Positions 38,880 through 51,939 of a DNA stretch of 64,000 bases are shown piece by piece. The position numbers and the translations under genes are program-made. Location: NCBI GenBank assembly GCA_038087875.1, contig CM075989.1, positions 20,834,001-20,898,000 of the forward strand, in the 5' to 3' direction. Within the stretch, counting starts at the first letter, position 1. Each line of letters begins with the position of its first letter. Under the pieces are notes generated by a model. It was not told the DNA's origin. It saw nothing but the letters and a program-made list of their open reading frames with translations, and ran no database searches. The DNA comes from Malacoraja senta (Eukaryota).

Positions 38880-39181
38880 TAGTTTTAGTGTAGTTTAGAG
38901 ATACAGAGCGGAAACAGGCCCTTCGGCCCACCAAGTCTGCGCCGACCAGTGGAAAATCCTATGCACCATCCTACACATTAGGAACAACTTACAATCTTCA
39001 CCTAAGCCAATTGACCTGTGTGTCTTTGGAGTGCGGGAAGAAACTGGAGCACCTGGAGAAAACCCGCGTGGTCACAGGGAGAACGTACAAACTCTGCACA
39101 GGCAGCACCCGTAGTCAGGATCGAACTCGGGTCTCTGGCGCTGTAAGGCAGCAACTCTACCGCTGCGCCACCGTGCCGCCC
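38880..39181 (-). mobile_element. HE1/V-SINE
   Basis: Full-length reverse copy. Confidence 0.85.
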
Positions 39182-39729
39182 TTATGTCATGGAAAGTTCT
39201 GTATCAATGTAAAGTCTTTCTTGTGTTGCCTTTAAGTTAAATCACACAGAATTATGAATGGGCGAAATAACTTTAAGGTTTAGGGGAAACCTAATAGAAG
39301 TATATAAAATTATGAGAGGCATTGGTAAGGTAATTGCCCCGAGTATGTAGCATGAGAAAGTGGGATAACATAGAACTAGTGTGCAGGTGATCAATGGTTG
39401 GCGTGGACTTGGTGGGCCAAAGGCCCTGTTTCCACACTGTATTTCTAAACTAAACTAAAAATAAAATAATTATGTTTCACTTTTTAGACGTGCCAGTATA
39501 CCATATCAACACAAAACAAGTGCTGCTTATCATTTAGAAGAGATAGACCTAATGGGGAAGGAAGAGTAGTGGAGAGAAAGGGTCTTAGGTTGGACATTCA
39601 TGACATAAAAACCATTTGGATGAAGCTATAAGACAGCAAAGGGAACTACAATTATTGGTGGGAGTTATCTTTTAGGAACCAGACAGTAGAACACATTATA
39701 TCAAAGATAGACACAAAATGCTGGAGTAA

Positions 39730-40018
39730 AGGCCCTGTCCCACTTTCCCGAGTTACTCACGAATTCTCCCGGGTTTTCCCCTTGGTTCAAACTCGGAGAT
39801 GCCAGCCGTAGGTACTCGGGGCTATTTTTTTTACTCATGGACATTTTTCAACATGCTGAAAAATCACTCTGGCTTACCTGATGCCCCGAGTACCTACGGC
39901 TGGCATTACGAGCCTCTACGATATATCTACGGACTCGCTACGGACATTCTCTGAATTTGAATCATGGGGAAAACTTGATTTGAATTCTTGAGTAACTCGG
40001 GTAAGTGGGACAGGGGCT
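39730..40018. mobile_element. PIF/Harbinger MITE inserted in a PLE-derived fold-back element
   Basis: TIRs aggccctgtcccact / agtgggacaggggct; TAA TSD splits host gctggagTAActcagcggg. Confidence 0.9.
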
Positions 40019-40227
40019 TAACTCAGCGGGTCAGGCGGCATCTCTGGTAAAAATGAAAAGGGGTGAAGGCAGGAGAATAGGGTTGAGAGGGAAAGATAGA
40101 TCAGCCATGATTGAATGGCGGAGTAGACTTGATGGGCCGAATGGCCTAATTCTGTTCCTAGATCCCATGAACTTCTGAAAAGGTGACGTTTCGGGTCGGA
40201 ACCCTTTTTCAGACTGAAGTCTGAAGT

Positions 40228-40255
40228 CTGAAGAAGGGTTCCAACCCGAAACGTC
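40228..40255 (+). ncRNA. Minimal hammerhead ribozyme-like core
   Basis: CTGAAGA A GGGTT CC AACCC GAAA CGTC; mirrored, mutated core on the minus strand at ~40185-40212. Confidence 0.6.
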
Positions 40256-41748
40256 ACCTATTCCTTTAATCCAGTGATGCTGCCTGACCCGCGGAGTTAC
40301 CCCAGCATTATGTGTCTATCACAAGACATTGCAGTTTGGATTAGCCTCACCCATTACAGACATCCCCCTCTCGCACGTTGTTAAAGTCCTACACAATAAA
40401 TCAAAGCACTGGTAACATGGGTAACACAGTCACCTTGGGAAACATTAGTCTGGACAAACAAAATTAGCAGTAATAGTGTGGAACCTTTTTTTTTAAACAA
40501 AAAGTCAACAAAAAATATTCAACACACTTGTAAATAATTAAAAAATATTGAACCAAACACAGATAATTAAAAAAATTGAATTTCTTTAATTCATGCCTTT
40601 CTTCCCCTGAAGCCAAATAACCAACCGCCGACCCCTTCACATCCAACACAGGATCCCGGTGTACACATCCCATCACAGGGGCAGTAGAATCTTGGAAAAC
40701 TCCTGTTCCAAATTTGGATACGAAGAGAAGTCCAGCACCGGAGTACACTGGGAAATAGCCACTGGAGCTCAGACAGAATGGTTAGCAAATGGCTCTGAAA
40801 CCGCTGGCGATACCCAGGTAAATCTGAACCCTGTGGTCTTTTTCCAAGTCTAGAGCAAAGAACATAGAACAGTACAGCACAGAAGTAGTCCCTTCAGCCC
40901 ACAACGTCCTCACAAAACATGATGTCCAGATGTGTAGGGGGGGAACTGCAGATGCTGGTTTACACAAAATGCCGGAGTAACTCAGAGGGTCAGGCAGCAT
41001 CTCTAGAGAGAAGGAACAGGTGACGTTTCAAGTCTGAAGAAGGGTTTCGACCTGAAACATCAGGGGTTATGGGGAGAAGGCAGGCGAATGGGGTTAGGAG
41101 GGAGAGATAGATCAGCCATGATTGAATGGCGGAGTAAACCTGATGGGCCAAATGGCCTAATTCTGCTCCTATCATTTATGACCTTATGATCACCATGTCT
41201 CTGGAGATGCTGCATTGACCCATTGAATTACTCCAGCATTTTGTGTCATTTTGTCACTGTATCTCAGTATAGCTGACAATAATAAACTGAACTAAATTAA
41301 ATCAGACCTTCAGACTTGGGAAAATGTAATTTGTTTTCCTGTTTAGTTCCCTGCAAGCGTAGAAACCTTTGCGTGTGTCAGTCTTTCAAGATCGTGCAGC
41401 TGCAAAGCTAATGACAAACTTTTCTCCTCTTTAACTCTCAATTAAAAAAAGTATTTTTCTTCCAAAAAGTCCAACAGCTACCCAGCATAAGATGATACCA
41501 CCATCGTTATTTACCCATTACTAATCATATTCACATCTCTTAGGTTGTGGAGCATGAAACAATGAGCAGATTTCTGTGGCAATTAAGAAGCGTTCGGAGA
41601 GTCATCTTGTCTTTGTGTACCATTGCAGTGTGTTACAATAATCATTTTCACTGCCTCACGGGGAAGAATTTAACATAATCCGTCCTGCACTCCATATCAT
41701 ACCGTTCCCTGTCATCTTAAGGTTTAATTTCCCTCTTTGTAGTTTATT

Positions 41749-42060
41749 TGGCACAGTGGCACAGCGGTAGAGTTGCTGCCTCACAGCGCCATAGATCCGG
41801 GTTCGATCCTGACTACCGCTGCTGTTTGTACAGAGTTCGCATGTTCTCCCTGTGACCGCGTGGGTTTTTGTCTAGGTGTTCCTGTTTCCTCCCCCATTCC
41901 AAAGACGTGCAGGTTTGTTGGTTAATTGGCTTCTGTAAATTGCCCCGAGTGTGTAAGATGTGAAACTGGGATAACGTAGAATTAATGAACGGGCGATCGT
42001 TGGTCAGCGCGGACTCGGAGGTCTGAAGGGTCTGTTTCCACGCTGTACCTCTAAACTCAA
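41749..42060 (+). mobile_element. HE1/V-SINE
   Basis: Full-length copy. Confidence 0.85.
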
Positions 42061-42438
42061 CTATACATTAACGGTCACTTGAGCAAAGGAGACAATGAGC
42101 CTAATCTTATTGAAGGCTCTTGTCAACATGTTCATACTCATGTATAAGAACAGTGGAATTCTTTGCCACAGACGGCTGTGGAGGCCAAGTCAGTGGATAT
42201 TTTTTAAGGTGGAGATTGATAGATCCTTGATTAGAAAGCATGTCAGAGGTTATGGGGAGAAGGCAGGAGAATGGGGTTGAGAGGGAAAGATAGATCAGCC
42301 AAGATTGAAAGACTTGATGGGCCGAATGGCCTAATTCTCCTCCTAGAACTTATGACCTCTCTTATCCATTTGTGGCCTCTTGCACTCCTGGATTGCCAGC
42401 GGAGTAGACATTTGCAACCCTGTGGTTTTGACATCTTA

Positions 42439-42552
42439 TGGGCCTGTCCCACTTGACCGTCATTTACGCGACAGGCCGGTAGTGACTGACGCGCGACGGT
42501 CGCGCGCATCATCATGCGTCCGCACAGCCGTCTGGAGCGTGTGACGTCATTT
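42439..42552. mobile_element. Truncated Harbinger MITE (left end only)
   Basis: TTA followed by tgggcctgtcccactt. Confidence 0.65.
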
Positions 42553-42807
42553 GAAGATAGACACAAATGCAGGAGTAACTCAGGTGGATCGATAACTGTT
42601 TGAATAAGGATGAATCAATAAATAACACGATGTCCCACTGATAAACCAGAGCTAAACCTGTGATGTTGAAATCTCTGAAGACATACACAAAGTGCTGAAG
42701 TAACTCAGCGGGTCACCCATCCTTTATCTCCAGAGATGCCGCCTGACACACTGAGTTACTCCAGCACTTTGTGCCTACCTTCGGTATATACTATCATCGA
42801 TACATTC

Positions 42808-43122
42808 AGTTTTAGTTTAGTTTAGAGATGCAGCGCGGAAACAGGCCCTTCGGCCCACCGAGTCCGCGCCGACCAGCGATCCCCGCACATTCACACTATC
42901 CTACACACTAGGGACAACATGGTTTGCATACACCAAGCCAATTAACATACATACCTGTACGTCTTTGGAGTGTGGGAGGAAACTGACGATCTCGGAGAAA
43001 ACCCATGTGGTCACGGGGAGGACGTACAAACTCCGTACAGGCAGCACCCAGAGTCAGGATCGAACCCGGGTCTCTGGCGCTGCAAGCGCTGTAAGGCAAC
43101 AACTCTACCGCTGCGCCACCGT
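42808..43122 (-). mobile_element. HE1/V-SINE
   Basis: Full-length reverse copy. Confidence 0.9.
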
Positions 43123-44251
43123 GAAATCTGTGTTGGTGACCGGAGATAACTAAACAAGTATCAAACCTTCAGCAAATCGTAGATTCCCAAACAGAATTCT
43201 TCAAGCAGGATCAGTCTTTGCGAACTTTGCACTGACATTTCAGCTTGATCACTTCCTGTCTTCAGAGCTCCTGCCTTGGCAAGCGGCCTCTTGCATTTTT
43301 TAAAGAGTCAAAATCAAATAACAAAGTCATTAATTAGTAAAGCTGGAATTGTGCAGACTAGTGTCAAAGTCCGCGGTCAGCAGATGGGAGGAAGTGATGT
43401 CTTGACTGGGGGTTAAACAGGGGAAGATGGATGGAGATGAATTGACATTTAAAACTGCTTTACCTCTCCAGTACATGCTGACAGAATAATATTAACACAT
43501 CACAACCGGCAAAATGTCTGGGGCTTGAAATTTATTAAAAGGTGAGACACTCTTTAAAGGAGTCTCATTTTGATAAATTTCCGGTGATGGTGTCTATTTA
43601 GAATATTAAAATAAGGACAGATAAAGTACATGTTAGGATTTAGTAGTGGAGCGTTCAAAGCTACTGATTGCATATTGAATAGATACAGGCACATTAACCT
43701 CTGCCATTTTGAGGTGAATCTTCTGAAAACGGTATTTAATCATAATTTCCTTCGGTGACTGACTTTAGTTATTTGCTTGTGTCTCAGGCTGTGGTGCCTC
43801 GCTCTGATTCAGAGTGGAATGAAGTAGCTCGCGTGGATCAGTAGATGGTGGTGTTGGCGTAGAATGCTCAGGTGACCCTTGCAACGGGGCAGATCTTCCT
43901 GCCGTCATCGTTTAGAATGGACGGGAGGGAATCTACTGATGCCAGCCGGCATCTCTCACTCACCCACATGCCCCAGCCCTGTCAATCCCTGCAGCTGCAC
44001 GGCAAGGGCCGCACGGTGGCGTTGCTGCCTCACAGCGCCAGAGACCCTGGTTTGATCCAGACTACGGGTGCTTGTCTGTACGGAGTTTGTACGTTCTCCC
44101 TGTGGTGACCTGCGTGGGTTTTGTCCGGGCGCTCTGGTTTCCTCCCACACTACAAAGATCCAAAGATGTACAGGTTTGTAGGCAAATTGGCTCGGTAAAA
44201 TTGTAAATTGTCCCTAGTGTGTGTAGGATAGTGTTGGTGTGCGGGGATCGT

Positions 44252-44580
44252 AGCTCTGCCAACTCTCACGCATTGAGCGTGAGACTCACGCATTTCACGT
44301 GAGACTCACGCATTTCACGCAATTCTCACGCTCTCACGCTGATCACAGAATTTGACGTCTTCAGTTGTCGCCGACAGGACCGTAGCTTGTCATATCTTGT
44401 CGCGGGTAAGTTGACTTCGGTTGTCGTAGGTTGTCGCCTGTGTGGCCGTAGGTGTGGTCGTAGGTGGACATCCCAATTCGCGGGGAATTGTGTCGCCGGT
44501 CGACGTAGCTTGTCGTAGACATTGTCGTAGGTTGGGTCCAGATTTTTCACTCTCAACTCTCACCCAATGTTGGCAGCCCT
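44252..44580. mobile_element. hAT-like MITE inserted in V-SINE (44010-44650)
   Basis: TIRs agctctgccaac / gttggcagccct; gggatcg duplicated on both sides (TSD length 6-8 bp, ambiguous). Confidence 0.7.
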
Positions 44581-45608
44581 GGGATCGCTGGTCAGTTCGG
44601 GCTTGGTGGGCCAAAGGGCCTGTTTCCGCACTGTATCTCTAAACTAAACTCCTAGGGTTTTGCTCTTGCAGTTCAGGAGACAGCAACTAAGTGAGCAACA
44701 ACTAAGCTGCACCCAATCATCTGCACTTAGTCATAGAGCGTGAAAACAGACCCTTCAGCCCACCTTGCCCATGCCAACCAACATGCCCCATCTACACCAG
44801 TCCCAACTGCATGCATTTGGCCCATATCCCTCTAACCTATCTTTCCAAAGGTAATTTTTTTGGACTCTTGATTCTTTTCTCTTCGTTTGGCATCACCGTG
44901 TTTCAGAACAATAAGAAAGAAAGCTTTTACATCAAGTCAGTCCTCCTTCAAGAAGTATGAAACACAACAAAACCAATGCGTTGTTCATTATTTTCTTTAA
45001 TTACTGCAAAACTGTATCTGGTGTGAATATAATCGTGGCACAATGCTGTTGTGCTTCCCTCTTTATCTATCTTTGATTATGTGTGACTTTTTTTATTTGA
45101 GAAACCAAGTGACATGAATGAAAGATGAAAGGAAATGTTTTCGTCATCAAGGAATGAGTATGACATTGGTGGAACTGGAACAGGGGTGCATGTTATATTG
45201 AAGGATGGGTGTGACAGGGTGAATGGCTATTCAGTTCAACATAAACCTTTGTTAAAACTGTAAAATGACCACGTGTGTAGGAAGGACCTGCAGAGAGACA
45301 CAAAATGGTGGAGTAACTCAGCGGGACAGGCGGCATCTCTGGAGAGAATGAATGGGTGATATTTTGGGTCGAGACCCGTCCTCAGACTGGGACCTATCAT
45401 CAGACATGTGTCTATCATGAACGAGAGCCCTGTTTGTTGGGGCAGCACGGTGGCGCAGACCTAGAGTTGCTGCCTTACAGCACTAGAGATCCGGTATCAA
45501 TCCTGACTACAGGTGCTGTCTGTACGCAGTTTGTACCTTCGCCCCGTGAGTTTTCCCCAGGTGCTCCGGTTCCCTCCCACATTTCAAAGACATACCGGTT
45601 TGTAGGTT

Positions 45609-45738
45609 TAAGAAGGAACTGCAGATGCTGGAAAAGTTCAGTCAGAAGTAGGGTTTTCGTGCCCGAAACGTTGCCTATTTCCTTCGCTCCATAGATGCTG
45701 TTGCACCCGCTGAGTTTCTCCAGCACTTTTGTCTACCT
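45609..45738. mobile_element. PLE-derived short retroelement inserted in V-SINE (45441-45877)
   Basis: 14 bp TSD ccggtttgtaggtt (45595-45608, 45739-45752). Confidence 0.8.
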
Positions 45739-48562
45739 CCGGTTTGTAGGTTAATTGGCTTCGGTAAAGATTGTAAATTGTCCCTCGTGTGTAGGATAGT
45801 GCTAGTGTACGGGGATCGCTGGTCGGCGTAAACTCGGTGAGCTGAAGGGCCTGTTTCCACACTATCTCTAAACTAAACCCTATAAAACAATACAAAAGGA
45901 TATTAAAAAGAACATGACTTTTAAGGAAGTGTGAATAATTTGACAGATAGTGGACTGTAGTTTGCAAACATCTCAGCGTTTGTGAAACTGTATCTGACAT
46001 GCAAAGTGTTTGCCACACACATATAAAATCTCTTGGAAATTTTCCTGGATGAAATCACATTATTGCTTTGATACATATGCATATGTTTCAAATAAAGAAA
46101 CAGATGGCAATTTATCATGTTGATAATTCAGCTGGTAATCATCTGCAGCATATTTTAATTCATCCCCAAAATCTATTCTTAATGCTGTTTAGCAAATATC
46201 CAGCTGTTCTCTGCACGTTATTGGGTATTTGTGTATCTGACATAACAGATCCAGCAGCCTTATTTTAGACTTTAAAAAAATCAGTATCAATGATCATCAC
46301 ATCCACCCCAAATCAATTGCTGATAGCAAAACGCAAGGAGATTAAATAAAGAGAAATCTAAAATGGCAGTAATTGAAACTTGGATCGCCATACGTCCCAT
46401 TAAACAAAATTGAATCTCCCTGGTAAAATGGAAATCGCATACAAGGCAATTACAGCAGCATTTTCTTTATTAAATGGTGAACATGTTCTTCTGAACTTTA
46501 TCTAAGATTATGAATGAGTGTAAGTGAGCTGTTGGGAAGTAAATACAGATTAATTAAAACAAGGAACATTTGCATTTATATAGCACCTGTAAAGTGGTTA
46601 AATGCCCCCAGGGACACATTACTGGAATACACTCATACTGGAGTTTAGTTTAGTTTAGTTTAGAGATACAGAGCGGAAACAGGGCCTTCAGCCCACCGAG
46701 TCCACGCCGACCTCGCGCACTTACACCATCCTAGGTGATGCCAACTAGTTGTCACTTCCGGGCGGAGCACCAAGGCAAATTCCTTGTATGTGAATACTTG
46801 GCCAATAAACGTATTCATTGCTGCCTCACAGCACCAGAGACCAGGGTTCGATGCCGGTGTTGTCTGTACATGCTATCTCTGGCTTATTTCACCTGGGTGC
46901 ATCCCAAAGACTTGCAGATTGGTAGGTTGATTGGCCACAGTAAATTGCCCCCCTGGTTTGTCGGGGAGTGGTAAAATCTGGAGGGAGTTGATGTGAATGT
47001 GTTGAGACTAAAATATAAAAGTTGGATTAATGTGGGATTGGTGTAATAGGGTGGCTGATGGTCAGCATGGACTTGGTGGGCTGAAGGGCCTGTTGCCATG
47101 CTGCACGACTCTATAAAGCTTTATTTTATTTTACCAGATGAACAACAATTCTCTGGCAGGGCCAAGAAACCTTCTTAGTGAAGGAATGGTGTAGGAAGGA
47201 ACTGCAGATGCTGGTTTAAACCAAAGATAGACAAAAAGTTGGAGTAACTCAGCGGGTCAGGCAGCATCGCTGGAGAAAAGGAATAGGTGACGTTTCAAGT
47301 CAAGACTGAAGAAGAGTCTCGACCCGAAACATCACCGGTTCCTTTCTCCAGAGATGCTGCCTGACCTGCTGAGTTACTCCAGCTTTTTGTGTCTAGCTTC
47401 TTACTGAAGGAGTTGATACCACCACAACTGGGGGCGGAGAAACCTCTAGACACACGGAACTGCAGATGCTGGTTTAAACAAAAGGCACAAAGTGCGGGAG
47501 GAACTCAGCGGGTCAGGCAGCATCTCTGGAGGACATGGATCGGTGATGTTTCGGGTTGGCTTACTGTCCCAATCTGCCACGCACTTTAAGAACTGACACA
47601 TCCCTTAAAGTAAACTCCTTCTCAAGTGGAGCCTGATTTGAAGGACACACAGGCCAGATTAAGGGGGGGAAGTTAATAAACCTCTGAGACCTTTGTTTAA
47701 AGGTGGCACAAAAATTAAGTCAGGTGTTCCAGTCGATCTACATTGTAGGTGCTACAGTTGCTTTGGCTTAGAATTTCTGTCTATATTAATGGATTCATTA
47801 CACAATATTAACTCATTAGTCTAAGATGACCACCTGTCATTGTGGTGCTTGACATTAGCTGGAGTGATGAGGGTATCAATGTGATTGCCAGTGCTCACTT
47901 CAACAGTGAAAGGATTCATCCGTCACCCTGACACCTACTATCCTTGATACAGGTTGCACAATGTCAAGTCCACTCACATTTATATCAATACCTGACCACC
48001 GCTAATTCAAAGTTGAGAAGAGTCCAGGCTATAATGAGTGTGCGCGAGGCTCGTGTGAAATTACAAACTGCGGCAGCAAGGCAATGCCTTTCTCTTTCGT
48101 GACTGACATGTCAAGGGGAATAATATCTACTTCAGATTCTATGAAGTCACCCGCTTCAGATGATGGATCACTCACATTCTTTGACCCCCAAACTAACTTT
48201 GAAATGGGAAACAGAGCAGAAGGAGAGGCCACTTTTATTTCTGATTATCCATAAATCTGTGCCCTCTGATGCGGGTTGTCTCATCCACCGGAAACTCACA
48301 TCAACAAGAAAATGAACTGTGGAATTATGGAGTAGCGGGAGAGGAGGGGGGGGGGGGGGGGGGGGTTAATGAAAGGATGCGGTTTCATGGAATGAAAGGA
48401 CTACAGAGCAGGAGATTAAAAACAGAGTTTTGTTTCCAATGTAAGGTTAAAATTAGGTTAAGGGGGGAATGCAGGGAGAGAGCGAGAGGGTGGAGGGAAG
48501 GCATTAGTTCATACGTTCACTAGTTATAGGAGAAGAATTAGGCCATTCGGCCCCTCAAGGAT

Positions 48563-48875
48563 GGCATGGTGGTAGAGTTGCTGCCTTACAGTACAAGAGA
48601 CCTTGGGTTCAATCCTGACTATAGGTCCTGCCTGTATGGAGTTTGTTCGTTTGTTCTCCCTGTGACCTGCGTGGGTTTTCTCCAGGAGCTCCGGTTTCCT
48701 CCGACACCCCAAAGACACACAGGTTTGTAGGCTAATTGGCTTGGTATAATTGTAAATATGTCCCGTGTGTGGGTGGAGAATGGTGTTAGTAAGCAGGGAT
48801 CGCTGGTCGGCGCGGACTCGTGGGGCTGAAGGGCCTGTTTCCACACAGTATCTCTAAACTAAACTAAACTAAACT
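48563..48875 (+). mobile_element. HE1/V-SINE inserted in a CR1 tail
   Basis: Host ggccattcggcccctcaag...tcaagtctactccgcc is split by the SINE. Confidence 0.85.
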
Positions 48876-48957
48876 CAAGTCTACTCCGCCATTCAATCAT
48901 GGCTGATCTATCTTTCCCTCCTCAACCCCACTCTCCTGCCTTCTCCCCATAACTCCT

Positions 48958-49082
48958 GAAATGTGGAGAATTCAATGTCCAACCTGTTGGGTTGGGTTGG
49001 GCCCAAGTGGAATGTGAGGTGCTGTTCCTCTAGTTAATGCATGGCCTCAAGCTGGCAATGGTGGAGGCCAAGCACAGAAAGG
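48958..49082 (-). pseudogene. Second PLE GIY-YIG C-terminal remnant
   Basis: LSVLGLHHCQLEAMH*LEEQHLTFH...PNRLDIEFSTF. Confidence 0.7.
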
Positions 49083-49367
49083 AACCCCTACTAATCCCCC
49101 CCCCCCCACGCACACATTCTTCCATCATATCCCATTTACCCAGCTCTTTTCTCTTCCTCGATTTCTCCTCCCATCCTCAAGTCCCCTGTTCCCCTTTTGG
49201 TGGTAGAGTTGCTGCCTTACAGTACAAGAGACCTTGGGTTCGATCCTGACTATAGGTCCTGCCTGTATGGAGTTTGTTCGTTCGTTCTCCCTGGGACCTG
49301 CGTGGGTTTTCTCCAGGAGCTCCGGTTTCCTCCCACACCCCAAAGACACACAGGTTTGTAGGCTCAC

Positions 49368-49786
49368 GTTCACAAGTTATAGGAGTAGAATTAGGCCATT
49401 CGGCCCATCGAGTCTACTCCGCCATTCAATCATGGCTGATCTCTGCCTCCTAATCCCATTTTCCTGCCTTCTCCCCATAACCCTTGGCACCCGTTCTAAT
49501 CAAGAATTTGTCTATCCCTGCCTTAGAAATATCCACTGACTTGACCTCCACAGCCCTCGGTGGCAATGAGTTCCACAGATTAACTACCCTCTGACTAAAG
49601 AGGTTCCTCCTCACCTTCTTTCTAAAAGAGCGCCCTTTAATTCTGAGGCTGTGACCTTTGGTCCTGGACTCTCCCACCAGTAGAAACATCCTTTCCACAT
49701 CCACTCTCTATGCCTTTTCATTATTCTGCGAGTTTCAATGAGGTCTCCCCTCAACCTAAACTCCAGCGAATAGAGGCCCAGTGCCG
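49368..49786 (-). mobile_element. CR1 LINE 3' end
   Basis: DVERMFLLVGESRTKGHSLRIKGRSF...FSQRVVNLWNSLP; same subfamily as 5671-6104. Confidence 0.9.
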
Positions 49787-49914
49787 TGAAACACGGACAA
49801 AATCAATCGTGTCCTTTTCAACTCTCCCATTGCCACGTGCACCACCCATCTACAGTTCCTTCCGACTCATTCGACACCTTCCTGTTCTGCAATTGCTTAA
49901 GACAAAAACATTGA

Positions 49915-50226
49915 GGGGCAGCAGAATGGTACAGCGGTAGAGTTGCTGACTTACAGCGCCAGAGTCCCGGCTTTGTTTCCGACTATGGGTGCTGCCTGTA
50001 CGGAGTTTGCACGTTCTCCCCATGACCGCACGGGTTTTCTCCGGGTGCTCCGATTCCCACCCCCCCCCCCCTCATTCGAAAGACGTGCAGGTTTGCAGTT
50101 TAAATGGCTTCTGGTAAATTGTCCCCTAGTGTGTCGGATAGAACTAGTGCGCGGGCGATCGCTGGTAGGCGCGGACCCGCGGGCTGAAGGGCCTATTTCC
50201 ATGCTGTATCTCTAAAAACAAACTAA
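49915..50226 (+). mobile_element. HE1/V-SINE
   Basis: Full-length copy. Confidence 0.8.
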
Positions 50227-51939
50227 AATTCATCGCTCACAATGCTGTATTATAGAATTTGTTTTAAAACATCGTAATTGCCTTTTGCATTCCATTCATT
50301 AGTGGTGATATAGTTTGCGCTATAATTTACCTCATAACCACTTACACAGCAGGTCACTGAACATAAGACCTTGTTCTCAACTGGATATTCTCCATACATC
50401 ATTATAGCACAGCAATAGCTACAGTGATTTCCATGATGTATTAGATACAGTACTTCACAGACTTGTTAACAAGACTTCAAGATAAAATATTCAAATTTAC
50501 ATATAAAATTATACAAATGTAATGTTGCTGCCATATCAGGATAGCTGGATTAATAAAGGGCTACAAATCATTACTGCGGCTGGCAAAAAAAAGGAAGTGA
50601 AATTATTGACAGTGAAAGATTGAAAGTGGTAGTTAAATTTAGGTAACAAAGGGGCTATTAGCAACGCCATTAATGCAATATTTTGTGAATGCATTCGGAA
50701 AAAGGCATTGCAAATCTTTATTACTTGATAAATTCCCGTAATGCTCTATTAAGTAGAGCGGCAGTTTGGCCGAAATTATAAATGATTCTTCCAGCTCCTG
50801 TTTCAGGATGGGAGAAATACAGAACAACTGATTTATTTCAGAATGATTTAAGGATTAGAATAATCCAAGGTGAAGTGGGGATTTACCAGAAGAACAACAG
50901 TTTATCAGAGCACTTAATGGAATTTCAAATTGACCCGTAGTTGAAGTGTGGAATGAAAGTGTGTTATTACAAGGAAAGCTTGCATTGATGTAGCACCGGT
51001 CACCATCCCAGGGTGTGATAAACTTCAGGACGGCACGGTGGCGCAGCGGTAGAGTCGCTGCCTCAGCGCCAGAGACCGGGTTCGATCCTGACCACGGGTG
51101 CTGTCTGTACGGAGTTTGCACGTTCTCCCCGTGACCGTGCGGGTTTTCTCCGGTTTCCTCCCACATTACAAAGACATGCACGTTTGAAAGGTTGTGTAGG
51201 AGCGGCCTGCAGATGCTGGTTCACACCGAAGATAGACACAAAATGCCAGAGTATTTACTCCAACATTTTGTGTCTATCTTAGGCTTGTAGGTTAATTGGC
51301 TTCTGTAAATCGGTCTAGTGTGCAGGATAGAACTAGTGCACGGGTGATCGTTGGTCAGCCTGGACTCGGTGGGCCAAAGGGCCTGTTTCCACACTGTATC
51401 TCTAAACTAAAGAAAATGAAATATTCTGGAATCACAGTCATTGTTATGATATTTGGGGAACTTCGATGAACCACGTGTGCCCATTTGTCATGGATGAGAT
51501 GAGCCGAAAGACCAGTGTCCACATTGCAAATTCTATGATGCCACGCTGTTAGCAAGGACAATAAAAGTTGTCCAACAGGCAGAGGTGTCATTAGGTTCTC
51601 ACCTGTTGCCCTGACAATGCTAGCTGCACCACTGTGAATAACTTGTGGACATAGACACAAGGAACTGCAGATGCTGGTTTACAAAACAAGACACAAAATG
51701 TTGGAGTAACTCAGTAAGTCAGGCAGCATCACTGGAGAAGAAGGGAATGGATGACGTTTTGGGTCGGGACCCTTCCTCAGTGCCTGTTCCAACTCGCTGA
51801 TGGCTGGGACCCCAGTTGGAAGTGGTCACGGGAACGAACAACTTGCACTAATTATATTTTATACAGCTTAAAAAAAAACATACATTGATCCAATTTTTTG
51901 TCCATTCATTTCTTCACATAAAAATGTCACAATGTCAAT

